Shown piece by piece: positions 51,406 to 64,000 of a DNA stretch of 64,000 nucleotides. Numbering within the stretch: position 1 is the stretch's first letter; every line of letters starts with the position of its first letter. Below the pieces are notes generated by a model that saw only the letters and a list, made by a program, of their open reading frames with translations, searched no databases and had not been told where the DNA came from. Both the position numbers and the translations under genes were made by a program. The DNA comes from Dicyema japonicum (lineage: Eukaryota; Animalia; Dicyemida). The stretch lies in assembly GCA_011109175.1 (NCBI GenBank), contig RDEW01000017.1, positions 968,671 to 1,032,670 of the forward strand, in the 5' to 3' direction.

Positions 51406-53499
51406 CAAACCGGGGTCACTTAATTAAGCAACACGCCCGACGAATCAACACGTGATCGACAAATAAGAGCAATGAAATAACATGTTCAAACAAAATAAGG
51501 AGAGTATTTTTCGCGAGATGCTCGGACTTCGATGTTGTTGAATCTTCGTGGAAACACAGGGGTCATATGCTACACTTTGACAGAGAAACCTTTACTAACA
51601 AGGCTATGGAAGACTACTTTATATCGGATAGAAAGCAATATCGTGGTCACCCACGTGCAACTTGATTATACGTGCTTGACTACTATCAGAAGCCGGTTAA
51701 ATGGAATTTGAAGAAAACGGTAGACAATCTAGATTTTTTGTGGAGCGTTTCATATAACAAACGGAGTTAAAGAGGCGAGTAGACAGAATAATTTCGGGGC
51801 AGACATAATCGATACGTCGTTGACTTTCACGATAGCTATGCCAGACGGGTTTCACGGATGTCAGACTTTTTGAGGGAGGCCAAATTTTCTACTTTTCGTT
51901 CAATTGCCTAGAAAGCAATTTTACGGATCTTAAGTATCGATGGAGACACGGCAATGAAATCTTAATGCGGACTTTCTCATTGTCGAGGAGTGTCCCATGA
52001 TATTGATCCATGCGCCGCTTCTTTCGTATCTCCAAGTAACCCGACAAGTACGGAGGTGTTGATTCGAACCTTCTAGTAGTCCCTCAGTAATGTTTATAAT
52101 TCTGTCGGGAGATAAACAAATCGTTAATGGAACTCAGAGAAGGAAAAAGAATGTATGTGCGTCAGGGATATGGCGGCTGTCCGGTGGTCAGAGAAGCTGG
52201 GGTCTCTATGAGAAGGGTAGATAATTATTCTGTGACAGGCATGTGGCAGAGGGGCGAGAATCCTTCTCCTCCATGCAACCCAGGTGAGAAGCAATGACAC
52301 CATTACCAGAAGTCAAGGGAATAATTCGGATTTTATGGAAGGAGTCATTTGTAGATAATGGATATCCGAGGGAAAAGCTCAAAGGCACTTGCTGGGAGCG
52401 TATCCCAGGAGCCTCTGAAAAGCATAAGAGTGATTAACCGCTTGAATAGAGAGTGTGTTATAGTGAATTTAGATTTGATACACGTGGTGGCTTTGTCCTG
52501 AAAAGATCAGATCGCCTGTGATCAGAATCATAAGAATCATGCTTGTGAATGTCCGATCTAACATGAAGAAACATGATGAGCCTCCTTGGCAGAGGCCAAA
52601 TAGGGGGATATATCGCCAACGAAGATAAGGACAGTAAGAGTTCGATACTGCCGGGATTCGAATCTGTACTTCTACTTTGGAAAATACCAGGAACTAGGAC
52701 GTCTATTTTTATTCAAAATATCTTCGAGAAAGAACCAAGGAGATTTAGAACTCTTAAATACAAATGGTAAATAAGCGCAATCCTTCTTTGTTGGAGGTAT
52801 TCCAGAGGGTGAGGAGCCCAGTCGCAAACAAGATTATGCTCAAGAGACCGGATGGCTCCTACTATACTGAATAAGAGGAAGTTCTTGTTTTTGATAGAAA
52901 ATTTAAAAAGATATTTGATATTAATGTTGTTTTCACTTAGAAACCTTGATATGAAGGTGATCAAACGACATCCAGAGATCTTTCCAGAAGTGAAGATGGC
53001 ATAAGCGCTGTTAAATCCTCAACGAAACTGAAGAAATAATGTAATCATTAAAAATACTTACACTTAGGTTGCAAGATCCATCAAACGGCAACGTCTTTAC
53101 TGTGAATGGATCTGTGTTTTAACAAATAGATCAGGCATGCCAAACACGTGGGCTATATGCGACCCCTTGCAAGCAGGCGTGCTTGCACAAAGGATTGTTG
53201 TGTAGGCGACGACATTGGGGGACCGTGTCATTAAAATGAGACCACCAGAGAAAGACAGTGGATTTCTGTCAATGGCGTCAAATTGAGAGGCCGCGGTTAT
53301 GAGCGTTCTACGTAGTCAGCAGACGTTCATACACTTAAACTTTACACTCGCTCTTATACACGAACGTTCCCATAACAACGATACTGTCCTACAAAATGCG
53401 TGGTTCCACGTATCTGACGGAGCACTGAGCGCTTACGTCCATAGATGATACTGAAATGTTTCATTTATTGATGGTTTTAAAAAATTTTAAAATAATATA

Positions 53500-55050
53500 A
53501 ATTGTGTCTTGTGGAATCTTGCCGGTTATTATATAGTCTTTATAGAGCACTGCCCAACTGACCCATTTAGAATGTCATTTTCAGCTAATTTCATTAACCG
53601 AGAACATTGTTGCTGGACGGATTGATGAAATGCCGGATGATTTGAAACAACAGTTGAAGGCTGCGTCCTTTAAATATAAATTTGAACATTGAATATGGCG
53701 ATCGATATCTCACAATCTCAGAAGCCCTAAGCTCTATTGGTCCGTAGATTTTCACTGAATTTTCTTAATGTTAGGCTTGGATTGTAAAATGAGGCTCATT
53801 AACGATGAAATAAACGTTTTTACTACTTAGAGACCGGATTCCGCGGCATTGAAGAAATTATAAAATCAGCTCAGAGACAATCACGTAGAGAGTATCTCAG
53901 AAGAGTAAAGAATGATATGCGACTTAGTAAGAGAGCACGTGTTTCTCTAAGGCGGACCCACAGGCGCCATCGAAATAGTTGAAAATCTTGCGACAAACCC
54001 GCTCATGTCCCCAAAAATTCGCCTATAATTCAAACTAGTCGAGGATAACTTACTGACTCATCAAACCTTGACTAATATCGCGGAGGAACCGAAGAAAGTG
54101 ACCAGATTTACAACCAAATAAGTCCTCGAACTCAGCGAGGTCATCCTCTTCAGCAGTATTTTTCTTCCGGGAACCCAAGGTCTCGAGATATAATTTTCAT
54201 AGATTAATTCGAGGTCTATAACAGAGAGAAAGCCACACGTGACCAATATTTCAGTTCCTCCGTCGGTCTACTCAGTTTTTGTCGAAACTACTAATTTCTT
54301 TTTTTCGGAAGTTAATTATTTACTGAATATCAGAGAAGCATGGGATGTCATTCACCAACCCCCATTCTTCAGCAGAAGAGCTATTTTAGAGCAGCAATCT
54401 CATAATTCTGCCTTACGAATACCTGCTGATGTATAATTTTAACAAGAATTAGGAAAATCGGGAAGCTTATCACGAGAAGGAAGACATGGGTTTTACTATC
54501 ATAAATCTAAGATATTCTGTGGGATAGAGGTATGCCACCATCAACTTCCACCAATTGACCTCTTAATTCAGCGCTTACCGGTTCGTTATGAGTTCGCACC
54601 CTCAAAAATTTTAAAAACCAACCTCGCACCGGATTTAAATCAACACAATTCGAATTTATTAAAAAAATAGTTAGGTTCCTTGAGACATTTCCTGCTTTTT
54701 AATTTTAATTAATTTTTTAGAAACGTGGTTTTTTGTGTGTGCAATTTCTGAATCGTTTTCAGGGTTAAGAGCGTTTGGTATCATTCCTTATATACAATCC
54801 AGATTCACGTAGCCCAGTTGTTGCAAATGATAGCAGAACTTGCAGTGGTTTTTATTAGTTTTCGAGAGGCGTCTGGACATAGAACTGTTTTCACCATTTC
54901 CAATGCACGTGGCTTTAAGAATCTTTGCAATAGTATGTAGGCTTCTTTGATTTCGCAACGCACTGGGGTCTATCGACTCCACCAATCATTATCTTCGTAG
55001 CCATATTCAACATAGTCTTCTTTCCATTTTCGAATTTTAACACACGTTGA
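53500..55050 (-). mobile_element. hAT (ZBED/Charlie-like) transposase relic
   Basis: KWKEDYVEYG..DRPQC (BED-finger start) and HTIA.ILK..C..S.SRR motifs across frameshifts. Confidence 0.55.
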
Positions 55051-56104
55051 CATATTTATTATTATACGTTGACATAGATAACCACGAGTTTTTTTTATTT
55101 CTAACATTAAATAATAAATTATTTAAAAAATATAAATTTATTTAAATTTTCTTGTTATATATTTTATTTGAAGATCATTTGAATATATGTACAAGTAATC
55201 ATGATTTTTAAAATTATTTCTCGCACCCCCAATCGGGAAGCGCGGTCTTAATTGGATCCATCTTACTGTGGTGTGTCTACCTGAATCACACCAATCCATA
55301 GATGCTGTGGAGTACTCAGAGAAAACCATATCCGTGTGCTGGCAGCCAATAAGGAGAAAGTATATTTACCCCGTGGGGAATTAGACCGTGGACTGTGTGA
55401 GTAGTCCAACTAAGCTGGTGGGTCAACTTAAACCTTCAAAGGTCCTCTTAAGTCATCCCAAGAAGTTTGCAGACTTTTGAGGTGGAGAAATAAATGCAGG
55501 TATAACTTGCTTGCAGACGAGATGGGGTGGATGTTCGGTTGCAAGGTCCTCGTTAATGACGTGGAAGGAATTGCTTGGTATGTACACAAGGATTACTTAA
55601 TTATACAATTTAAATTTATTGAACCAGAAAACTACCGAATGAAACAATTCAGGTTATCTCCGTCTCCCTCAGCAGTCTTCGTATCCTTTCCTGGTGTTCA
55701 GACTGTGTTCCGGCACATTTACGATAAGGACAGGATTTACGCCACGAATCCTCCGCCAGAAATTGCCTGTCGCATTAACCATAGTTTCAAAGCTTATGGC
55801 CAAGACTTCTAATAGTTTCGCTGTCTTTGACTGAACACGCAAACATCCTAGAGAAGATAATCAAAAACGTAAAGCAAAAATATAACAAAAGATAAAAATA
55901 ACTCCATTATAGACAATCCGACTTTTATCCACATAAACTGGCAGAAATTACCCGCCAATAAAGGTTTTTTCTTTATGTTGATTTATATAGGTAATCTTCA
56001 TTGCAGAGAGTGTTGTACTTCAAGGTGTAGAATTAAAGTGGGGTAAACATATTCTGCAAAGGGAACCTTCCTAATTAATAAAATTGAAAAAATTAATAAT
56101 TTAA

Positions 56105-56950
56105 ATACAGTAAAACCTCTCGAATCCGCCAAATTTGGACCTGGGAAATTACGGCGAATTGAGGCAAATTTGAATTTTTATATAAATTAAATAAAATGTT
56201 TTTTTTTTTAAAATTTTAAAAAATGAAAACATTAATTTCCTTTAAAATAATCAGCTATTCTTGTTTTAGTGTTCTTTTTGATGTTTCTACTAACGTCATC
56301 AAGGAGATTGAAGACATTTAAGTTAACTTTATCCTTCTGTTAAGGTACTTCCTCAATGTATAGACAGTATTCATTGCTTCATAGTCTAAAACGACTTTCA
56401 TTCTTGTTCTCCATCATCTCTGTCTTCATCATTTTTTTCTTCTTTTTTGTCTTATATTAATGAGAAACTCATTAACTTCAGAATTTGAGAAATTCTCTGA
56501 AGATGATTCTCCAGTTTCCTCATTTCAACCCATTTGTCTTTAAATTTTTCGAGCCATCCACGACTGGCTTTAAAATCAGTTATTTGGCGTTTCTTTGCAA
56601 AGCCCTTCTGAAAAAACAAGGTGGATACATTCCCTTTGCTCCTCAAGTCATTTAAGGAGCGTCTTGAAATAACACGTCTGAATCTTCCGGAAAAGATTTC
56701 AGACACTCTTGTGAGCGAAATCCCTGGATTTTGCCCGATAAATTTATTTCGAGCTTTTCAGAATTTTTTAATCTTGAACAATTACGTTTCATTAAGACCG
56801 ACCACACAAAAAACGATAATGTCTCGTGTAGAAGTTTTTTTGAATTAAAAAAATAAAAAAATAAAAAAAATAAAAAAAATGAAAAAATTAATTTTTAAAA
56901 AGATTCCGGGTTGAAAACTGGAGAGGCGGCTCGAACTTTGAGAATTTCAA
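56105..56950 (-). mobile_element. pogo/Tigger-like relic with a TIR-like end
   Basis: DFKASRGWLEKFK (CENP-B/Tc5 HTH); TIR-like TACAGTAAAACCTCTCGAATCCGCC at about 56106. Confidence 0.7.
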
Positions 56951-57289
56951 AATAAGAAAATATGACAGCCTCTCTACAAGATTATATGTACAGCCCGTAG
57001 TCGTCGAGACGAGCGGAGTCTTCTAACTCAAGACGGCCTCTTTTCTAAGATAGCTCTAATCCATGATAACGAAAGCGGATAACTAACGTTGGGAATCCGA
57101 GTGGCTGTTCCAAAGGATTTCTAAGGCAGTTGTCATTGGAAACAGCCACTCAATTACTTCAGCTGGATTACTTTGATTTTTGTTTGTTAGTACATTCGGA
57201 AAGATAAGAGTTAAATCCAGTTCTCACAGTCGAGGGAATCGCATCCTATCCAAGCAGCACGTCCATTCATATCCGACATTGCGGGAACC

Positions 57290-57430
57290 CCAGTGGAGTA
57301 AGGAAGAAATATATCATTTTTGGATTCCCATCAGCCACTGAGCTTCTTCTGAGACAGGTGGATCACATTAAGCCTCTTAACTGTAGAAGGCAGAGAGAGC
57401 AGAAGATAATCCTTCTACCAGATAGGAATA
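57290..57430 (-). mobile_element. SINE family A body fragment
   Basis: Minus strand TGTGATCCACCTGTCTCAG..TCCACTGGGGTTCCCGCAATG. Confidence 0.55.
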
Positions 57431-57613
57431 GAGCCACAGTTAATAGCCACTAACCACATGGTACCTGGTGGTATTCTTTCCCTCTTAACCAAGTGGGGGA
57501 AGTAGCTGTATTGCGGATGCCGCAGTGGACTTAATAGGTCAAATTATAGCACGAAAGTGAAATTTCTTAGAAATGATTTGTGAATATAAATATCACTGAT
57601 TAATGGATCAATA

Positions 57614-59235
57614 ATGGACGGAAAGTTGAATAAGAATCTCAAACTAATAGACTGCATTGGGATCATCATTGGAAGCATAATTGGGAGTGGAATATTTATT
57701 TCTGCTTCTTCAGTCTTTAAGGTTGGGGAATAGTTGACTTTAAGTATGCTAAATCAACTGGGATGAGTCTCTTAGTTTGGATTTTTTCTGGCTTTATTGC
57801 CTTGTCTGGAGGATTTTGCTATGCCGAATTGGGGTCCGCCATACAAAAGTCTGGGGGTGAATATGCATTCTTGCATGAGGCATATGGAAATGTGGCCTCT
57901 TTTCTTGTCTCGTGGACGATTCTGCTTATTATAATACCAGGATCTACTTCAATAATAGCTCTAGCCTTTGGACAGTACACCGTCCGATCCATATACTCAG
58001 TATGTGAGCCTCCCTCCGTGCTCATCGTGCTGACATCCAATTTGGCAATAAGTTAGACTTTCTCTCATTAAGTTATTCTCGGTACTGTGAACTGTGTCAG
58101 TGTTAAAGCGTCCTCGATCATTCAGAATATATTCATGGGTGGTAAGATCATCTCCCTTGCAGTGATAACGGGGGCAGGGTGCTATGCGTTGGCAATGGGT
58201 AGTATTTGTCATTTTTACAGATCCCCGAATCATTAAGCGGATCGAATTTATGGGAACCAACAGTAAAGTGACGAATTGGCCTTGTCCGTATACAGCGGGA
58301 TATTTTCATTTTCAGGGTGGTTTGCCAATTTTTATAATTTTAACGGAATTGTCTGAATTCAGTCTGCGAGGAGGTCCAAAACCCCCAAAGGTTGGTTTCT
58401 TACAATATCCTAGAAACATTCCACGTGCTATCATTATTTCCATTTTGTCGGTGATGGTGATTTACATGTTCGTAAATTTGTCGTATTTCGTCGTCATTCC
58501 TTACCACAAAATTGCTGCTTCTAAAGCCATCGGACTGGTATGTGTGGTGGTACATCTAGACGTTCAGCGAGAGATATCGATCTATTTGTACAGGTCTCTC
58601 CCTGTCTTTGTCATGTTATCGACCTTTGGAAGCATCAACGGAGTGTTTCTATCGCTAACGAGGTAATTTGTCCCCTAACAGTAAGGATTTTCCTAGTCGC
58701 TGGAAGAGACGGTAATTTGCCCTCCATATTCTCGCTGATCAGCATAAAGTTCAAAACTCCGATTGTAGCCATCATTTTCACAGTTTTTGTGTATTATCAG
58801 AGATTAGACTATTATTTCCGTAATAATGACGGTAATCAACGATATTGAACTTCTCATTAGTTTCCTGACCTTCGCGGAAATATTTTTGTACTCTGCGGCC
58901 ATCGCAGCCCTCCTGTACATGCGGAAATTCAAGGAGAGCTATAAACCCATATTTCAGGTAGATTGCCGTTTGTTTGCAGGTTTCCTTGTTTTTCCCAATT
59001 TTCTTCATCATTATGACCTTATTTCTACTGATCCTGACCCTCATCGCGGAACCCGTTGGGTGTGGCTTCTCTTTTTTGATAATTATTCTCGGTCTTCCTG
59101 GGTACTACATATTTGTCAAGGCTATCCCAAGTGGAAGGCCTACAATAGAATATCAGGTACTTCTAAATAATATTCTCAGACTTTGTTACAAGACTGGCGA
59201 AGGAGATATTGATTGCGGAAATTGCCGTTGAATAG
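57614..59235 (+). CDS. SLC7/LAT-family amino-acid transporter light chain, many micro-introns
   Basis: IGIIIGSIIGSGIF, GGFCYAELGSAIQKSGGEYAFL, FSGW, NIPRAIIIS, LSTFGSINGV, AGRDGNLP, TPIVAIIF. Confidence 0.93.
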
Positions 59236-59369
59236 ATCCTCATATCCCTAATAGCCTTCTAAATAATAAATTCTGAGTTTGTGTCTCTGTTTTTCACAAA
59301 GAAGTCCCGAGGTAATGAATCCAAGATAAGGGCGAGGTAGGATGGTCCCGAGTTTTCTGTTTGTTCGCT

Positions 59370-60120
59370 CGAATTATTGATTATTAAAGTCAAACTTCCT
59401 ACACGCCTCGGAGGAACGGGTCTCAGGTCGGCGCTGGAGATCGCCTTTTCAGCATATGTGCCATCGCTCTCAAGTGGAAGACTTTTAGTCCAAGATATCC
59501 TACGTTTTCCAACCGGACTTTCTTGGGAAAGAGTCTTCGACGAAGCTCGTCGCGAATGGTGTGAAACTGGTTTGGATATGCCGAACGATCCTTCGAGGCA
59601 ACGTGACTGGATGATATCTACTCCAAGAATATCTTGACGTGCTAAAGTCTGAGGCCAACCAGCATCGTCTTGCATGCCTCGTGTCCGCCGCCAACCATGG
59701 GAGCGGAGCTTGGCTGGATACACTCCCGTGTTCCTCCCTGGGGACCCTTTTGGACGATGACTGTATTCGATTGGATCGCACAACGCCTGGGAGTTGATGT
59801 TTGCGTCGAACACCAATGTCGTTGTGGAGGGATCGTAGATGCCATAGGGCTGCACCCGCTCTCGTGCAAAAGGAGTGCGGACAGAGCACCCCCCGTGCTG
59901 CTATGAACAACATTGTCATGCGAGCTCTTGAAGCGGCAGGCTTCCCGGCAGTACTGGAGCTTGTGAGATTGGACCGCGGAGATGGGAAAAAACCGGATGG
60001 GTTAACTATTTTTCCGTTCACTGAGGGAAAATCGCTCGTATGGGACTGCACTGTTGTGGATTCTTTCTCGAACTCGATGATACTCACTCGGCGCAGTCTG
60101 CTGGATCAAACGACCAGCTG
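59370..60120 (+). mobile_element. CRE-like non-LTR retrotransposon relic (RT thumb, zinc knuckle, RLE)
   Basis: LPTRLGGTGLRSA, CRCGGIVDAIGLHPLSC, KPDGLTIFPFTEGKSLVWDCTVVD. Confidence 0.88.
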
Positions 60121-61884
60121 ATAGTGTTGGGCACTCCCATGAGTCCCTTAGTGTCATTGGTTCATGATGTTGAAAACTCAGCAAACCGATGTTTCCCGTC
60201 TTGGGCTCGAAGACTCCGCTCATCTCGACGACTACGAGCTGCACATAGAATCTTGTTAGAGGCAATCATATTTTCTTATTTTGAAATTCTTGAAAACTAG
60301 AGCAGCCTCCCCAGCTTTCAACGTGGAGCCTGAAAGCCATCGTGTCATTCTAGGCTCTCCCTACCACAGTCCTGCAAGCCCCCATCAGCCTGATATATTT
60401 TGTTCCGCTGGGGAAAGCACGTCAGACGTTTCAACGTAGATTGGCTGGAAGGCAAATTCTGTCCTTGGATAATAATTTTCCCAATGAAGAAAAATTTCTC
60501 TCAACACGTGCCAGCCCGTTGTTGTCGAGTGGAGTCATCGGGCCCAAGACGATTTTTTCCTAAGAACACTTGGTTCAATGATATAGAAAGTGAGTAATGA
60601 GAGTCGGGAAACCTGTTCCAACGGATTTCTCGACAGTTGTCAGGGAAACAGCCAAATTCGACAACGTCTTCTATTGTGAAATAGGTTTCTTCTGCCTTCT
60701 TTTTCGTTTTGATGCAAACATCTTTAGACTAAAGTCCCTTCTTCATCGAAACTCTCAATTATTTTTTAATTCAGTGAAATTTTTGCAATAGTATCTCCCA
60801 GCTTCTTCCAACCTCCCCATCTTGTCAGAATAACCTCTTGGGATACCAGATCATGGTAAATCATCGCCGTGCATGAAAGATGAACAAAACGGTGTCCTAA
60901 GCCATTAATGGATAACAGAGTGAAATGGGTACCACTTTACAGAAGATCTCCACAAGACTGGGTTTTACAGCAACTCTCCGAGTAGGTAAGTCGAATGAGT
61001 GTATTGTCGACAACGAATGGGCTATGCTATGTAAGACATTTAATGCACGTGGAGTTTTGAAATTTGATTAAATCCGTCATGTTTGTAAGTACATGAACAA
61101 AGAAACGGATGGGAGATCTTGTTGGGTCAGGATGGGGAAAAAGTCAAAGAATCAAAAATTTACGCCAGAAATGCGAGTCAACAGAAAGAAAACGCACAGA
61201 ATACAGCATTAGCACGATTTAAAATATGTTGAGAGGAAGAATTTGCGAGGAATTTATTATGCAAAAAAGTTTCCCAATTCTACACGTGGGACAATGGCAG
61301 CAAATAATTTAAAAATAGAGCGGGGGAAATGCACTTGGAGGAGTGGATGTAATACTCTCACTGATTATGAGTGTCATTGCCTGAGGTTATTGCTGCTGGA
61401 CCCTTCCACAGGTTTCTGATGCTCACCTAAGGTCCCGGGCAGGATAAAGCTTCTTGTAGAATCGATGATGAATGGTCCGGTGGAGGAATCTAAGAGTGAA
61501 ATTTGTCTCTTAGGAGAAAGTGGCGAGAACGTAATTGTGCTAAAGTCCTCCTTGTTTCTCTGTCGAGGTTAGTTTCGGAGTCACCCACCAGTGTGGAAGG
61601 GCCATCCATTAAATCGTCCAAAATCAGTCTTCAAATTGCTTTGGTAGAGGTGTGGTCGTATATTGCCTTTGACTTGGTTTTATCAGGAGGTGGATGGGTA
61701 GGGATTATTATAAGGTTTCCCAGTGGACAATGTGAATTTGTCTTTTTTGTCTTTTTTTTGAATTTGTCTTGTATCACTAAAATAATAAAAACCTACAAAA
61801 AAGTAACAAATAAATATTATATATTAAGTGTAATTAATTTAAATAATTCTTTAATATAACGTGTTTTAAGTGTGTTGTTGCTGT

Positions 61885-62373
61885 ATGTCTGAAGACCGTT
61901 CTATACAAGTTGGGAGAATAGTTTATATTCAACGTGGCAAAATGAAAGACAGAATAATGTGCATAGTCAATATTGTCGACCAGAACACAGTAACACTTGT
62001 TCGTCATTATAGTACCTCGTGGATGGCCCTGACCAGTCTGTCTCCAGGCAAACAGTCAATTGCAAGTGGGTTTCCCCCACCCCACTAAAAATAGACATAC
62101 AATTTTGCGCAAAAAAGAAGGAAATCAGACAGGCTTGGAGCGACGTCAACGAGCAATGGCAGGACACCTCCTTCTATAAATCCTTCCAGTCTGTCAAGAC
62201 TGTAATTATTGTCAGTGAATTCTTAGAAAATGAACATGAATGACTATGACAGATACAAATACATGAGGGCCAAGCAGAGCATGAACAAACTCATAAGGAG
62301 GAAGGTCAACTATCTCAAGTCACTCAAAAGTGGTGTGAAGACCACTCCGTATAAGGGGAAGACTGCTGCTTAA
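61885..62373 (+). CDS. RPL14: 60S ribosomal protein eL14, introns of 23 and 25 nt
   Basis: IQVGRIVYI..IVNIVDQN.YLVDGP..RQ..MNDYDRYKYM; open frame after splicing. Confidence 0.93.
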
Positions 62374-63499
62374 TTACTTTCTAACTTGTTATATCCTATA
62401 TTTGGAGTGTTATTTCATGTTCGGAGTTATTTGTTGGTTTTACTAAAAATTGGGAGATCGTCCTTATTCTCTAATTAGGTAATGGGTGGTTTCCACAGCC
62501 ATTGCTTCTTCACCAATACCAACTGTATCTCGTCGGCTGGACTAGGACAAGCGAGTATCGCTCAGACCTTTCAATGATACAGCAACATGCACTCTGGTTG
62601 AAAACTATATTTCAGGTGTATTGAAGCCAGTTAGTTACTTAAGTGGCAGATTTCATGTTAAGTCATCGCTCAGACAATAAGAATCATATTAACTACTGTG
62701 CTGTTCTCGAGATCTTCTAATTGTGCCATGGATGAGATTTAAATCAGAATCCCTCGTGAATCCTACGTGTTCTGGTTTTAGATGTCTCTAAATACTTCAC
62801 CACCAATGCACACGAAATAAGGAAAGTACGAGATTCCAGATATTTTGAGGTAGATCAAGTCAACACTACCAGCCGTTCTTTTGATATGCTAAAGATACCG
62901 ATGACCAACTCCCCGAAGAAGGAATTAGTTGCTCCTTCTGCTCAGGCTATTACCACCTCAGCTGTATTCGTTTGTCTCTGGCATTGGACGTTCGTTATTG
63001 TACTGCCAGAACTGCCTTCGGCCACTCTGAATTTCCACATCCCCCATACTCTGCATGCTATCCGCACGAGGAAATATTACCTGCTGAGAAGAACCGCCTA
63101 CTGTTCATTTTCAAAATACGGGGGACGTGAAGAATCGCTATGAAGATCCCAAAGCATGCTCGGTATGCCGTCATCCCGTACCTTGCCCGACTGAACTACC
63201 ATGGATAATGGTTTTCTTTCACTGGTTCTCGGACTACTCCATGCGGACCTGTTGAGTCAAACTCCTTCGTCCGTCATTGAGATAAAACCTTAGTTTTTCC
63301 TTGTCCACTTTTCTCTTTTGCTGATACTTCCGAGACCAGACAAGACTGCTAGTCTAGTCCTACTCCTCACAGCTGTTGACACTGTGGCTATCCCCTGTCC
63401 TGAGCTACTCGACTCCTGAAGGCGAAGCATCGTTGTTTGCAGAACGATCTGTGCCGACTCGCCATTCCGGCGGTAGCGACTCAGGTCATCACAGAAGAA

Positions 63500-64000
63500 G
63501 ATGTACAAACTGCCATCGGTTCGGCTGCTGTAGTGGGGGAATGAATGATCTCAATTCAACCTAAGTTAAGGACCTTACTTTAGCTGTTACGGGAGAGGCT
63601 GGAGAGAATATTTTTCGAGCTATCCACGGGCTTGTTAAAAGGATGTTGAAAGGGACATTGCTGTTTTTGGCAAGAGATCTTTTTTTTCGAAACAAATAAA
63701 TCTTCTCACCTTTCTCGTACCCGATGGGGGTCTGTCGATTACTATCGGAGATTACTTCCCCCTATTATGTTGGAACATTGCCACAAACCGCTTTTTTACG
63801 AATGAATGCACAACTTGGGTGTCAAATTGGACATCTTTTTGCATTCAACACCGTTAGGGGCGGTGCTTCTTGGAGGTTGATCATTTCCGTCTTGTGTTCA
63901 GAGAAGATGTCACCCACTCACTGTTTTTTGAGACCGATTGCATGATTCGTTTAGGACTCAACGTTTTGAGAGCCCACATGTGTTGTCGTGAGGATATGAA
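63500..64000 (+). mobile_element. CRE-like RT N-terminal relic (runs off the window)
   Basis: SGG..L....KDL, PDGG..I.IG and AFNT motifs across frameshifts. Confidence 0.55.

Noticed and set aside
51500-53450. Possible additional genes among short ORFs here and at 5760-6100 and 40600-41100
   Set aside because: I found no consistent spliced frame or recognisable motif, so these are left unannotated.
55020-55060. AACGTGTG upstream of an ATG as another promoter example
   Set aside because: That ATG frame stops after 6 codons and the downstream sequence is an hAT transposase relic, not a host gene.
59259-60087. Long minus-strand ORFs (198 aa and 195 aa)
   Set aside because: They are antisense shadows of the GC-richer CRE-like element and contain no protein motifs.

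Overview
Eukaryotic, almost certainly metazoan, compact genome segment (chordin, LIN7, ASAP-type ArfGAP and an HLH protein are present). Host genes are fast-evolving and split by ultra-short spliceosomal introns, mostly 20-29 nt GT-AG. This is why the ORF track shows only fragments. That combination fits a reduced animal parasite such as a myxozoan or dicyemid (inference only). I reconstructed about 15 protein genes by hand: ASAP, RPN8, CCDC25, ARPC2, a divergent proteasome beta subunit, chordin, a basic-less HLH protein, LIN7, DKC1, USP39, an SLC7 transporter, RPL14 and three orphans. There is also an RPL14 pseudogene and one U2 snRNA gene. Roughly half of the window is decayed mobile DNA: LINE RT relics, CRE-like and RLE-type elements, pogo/Tigger and hAT relics, and a SINE family. 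Several essential genes carry single-base frameshifts, mostly in homopolymers, which points to long-read consensus errors. The strongest unexplained signal is the palindrome CACGTG. I counted about 54 copies by eye against roughly 8 expected, and synonymous codon choice writes it into exons in all three phases. All coordinates, counts and homology calls come from manual reading and remembered family motifs, not from database searches.
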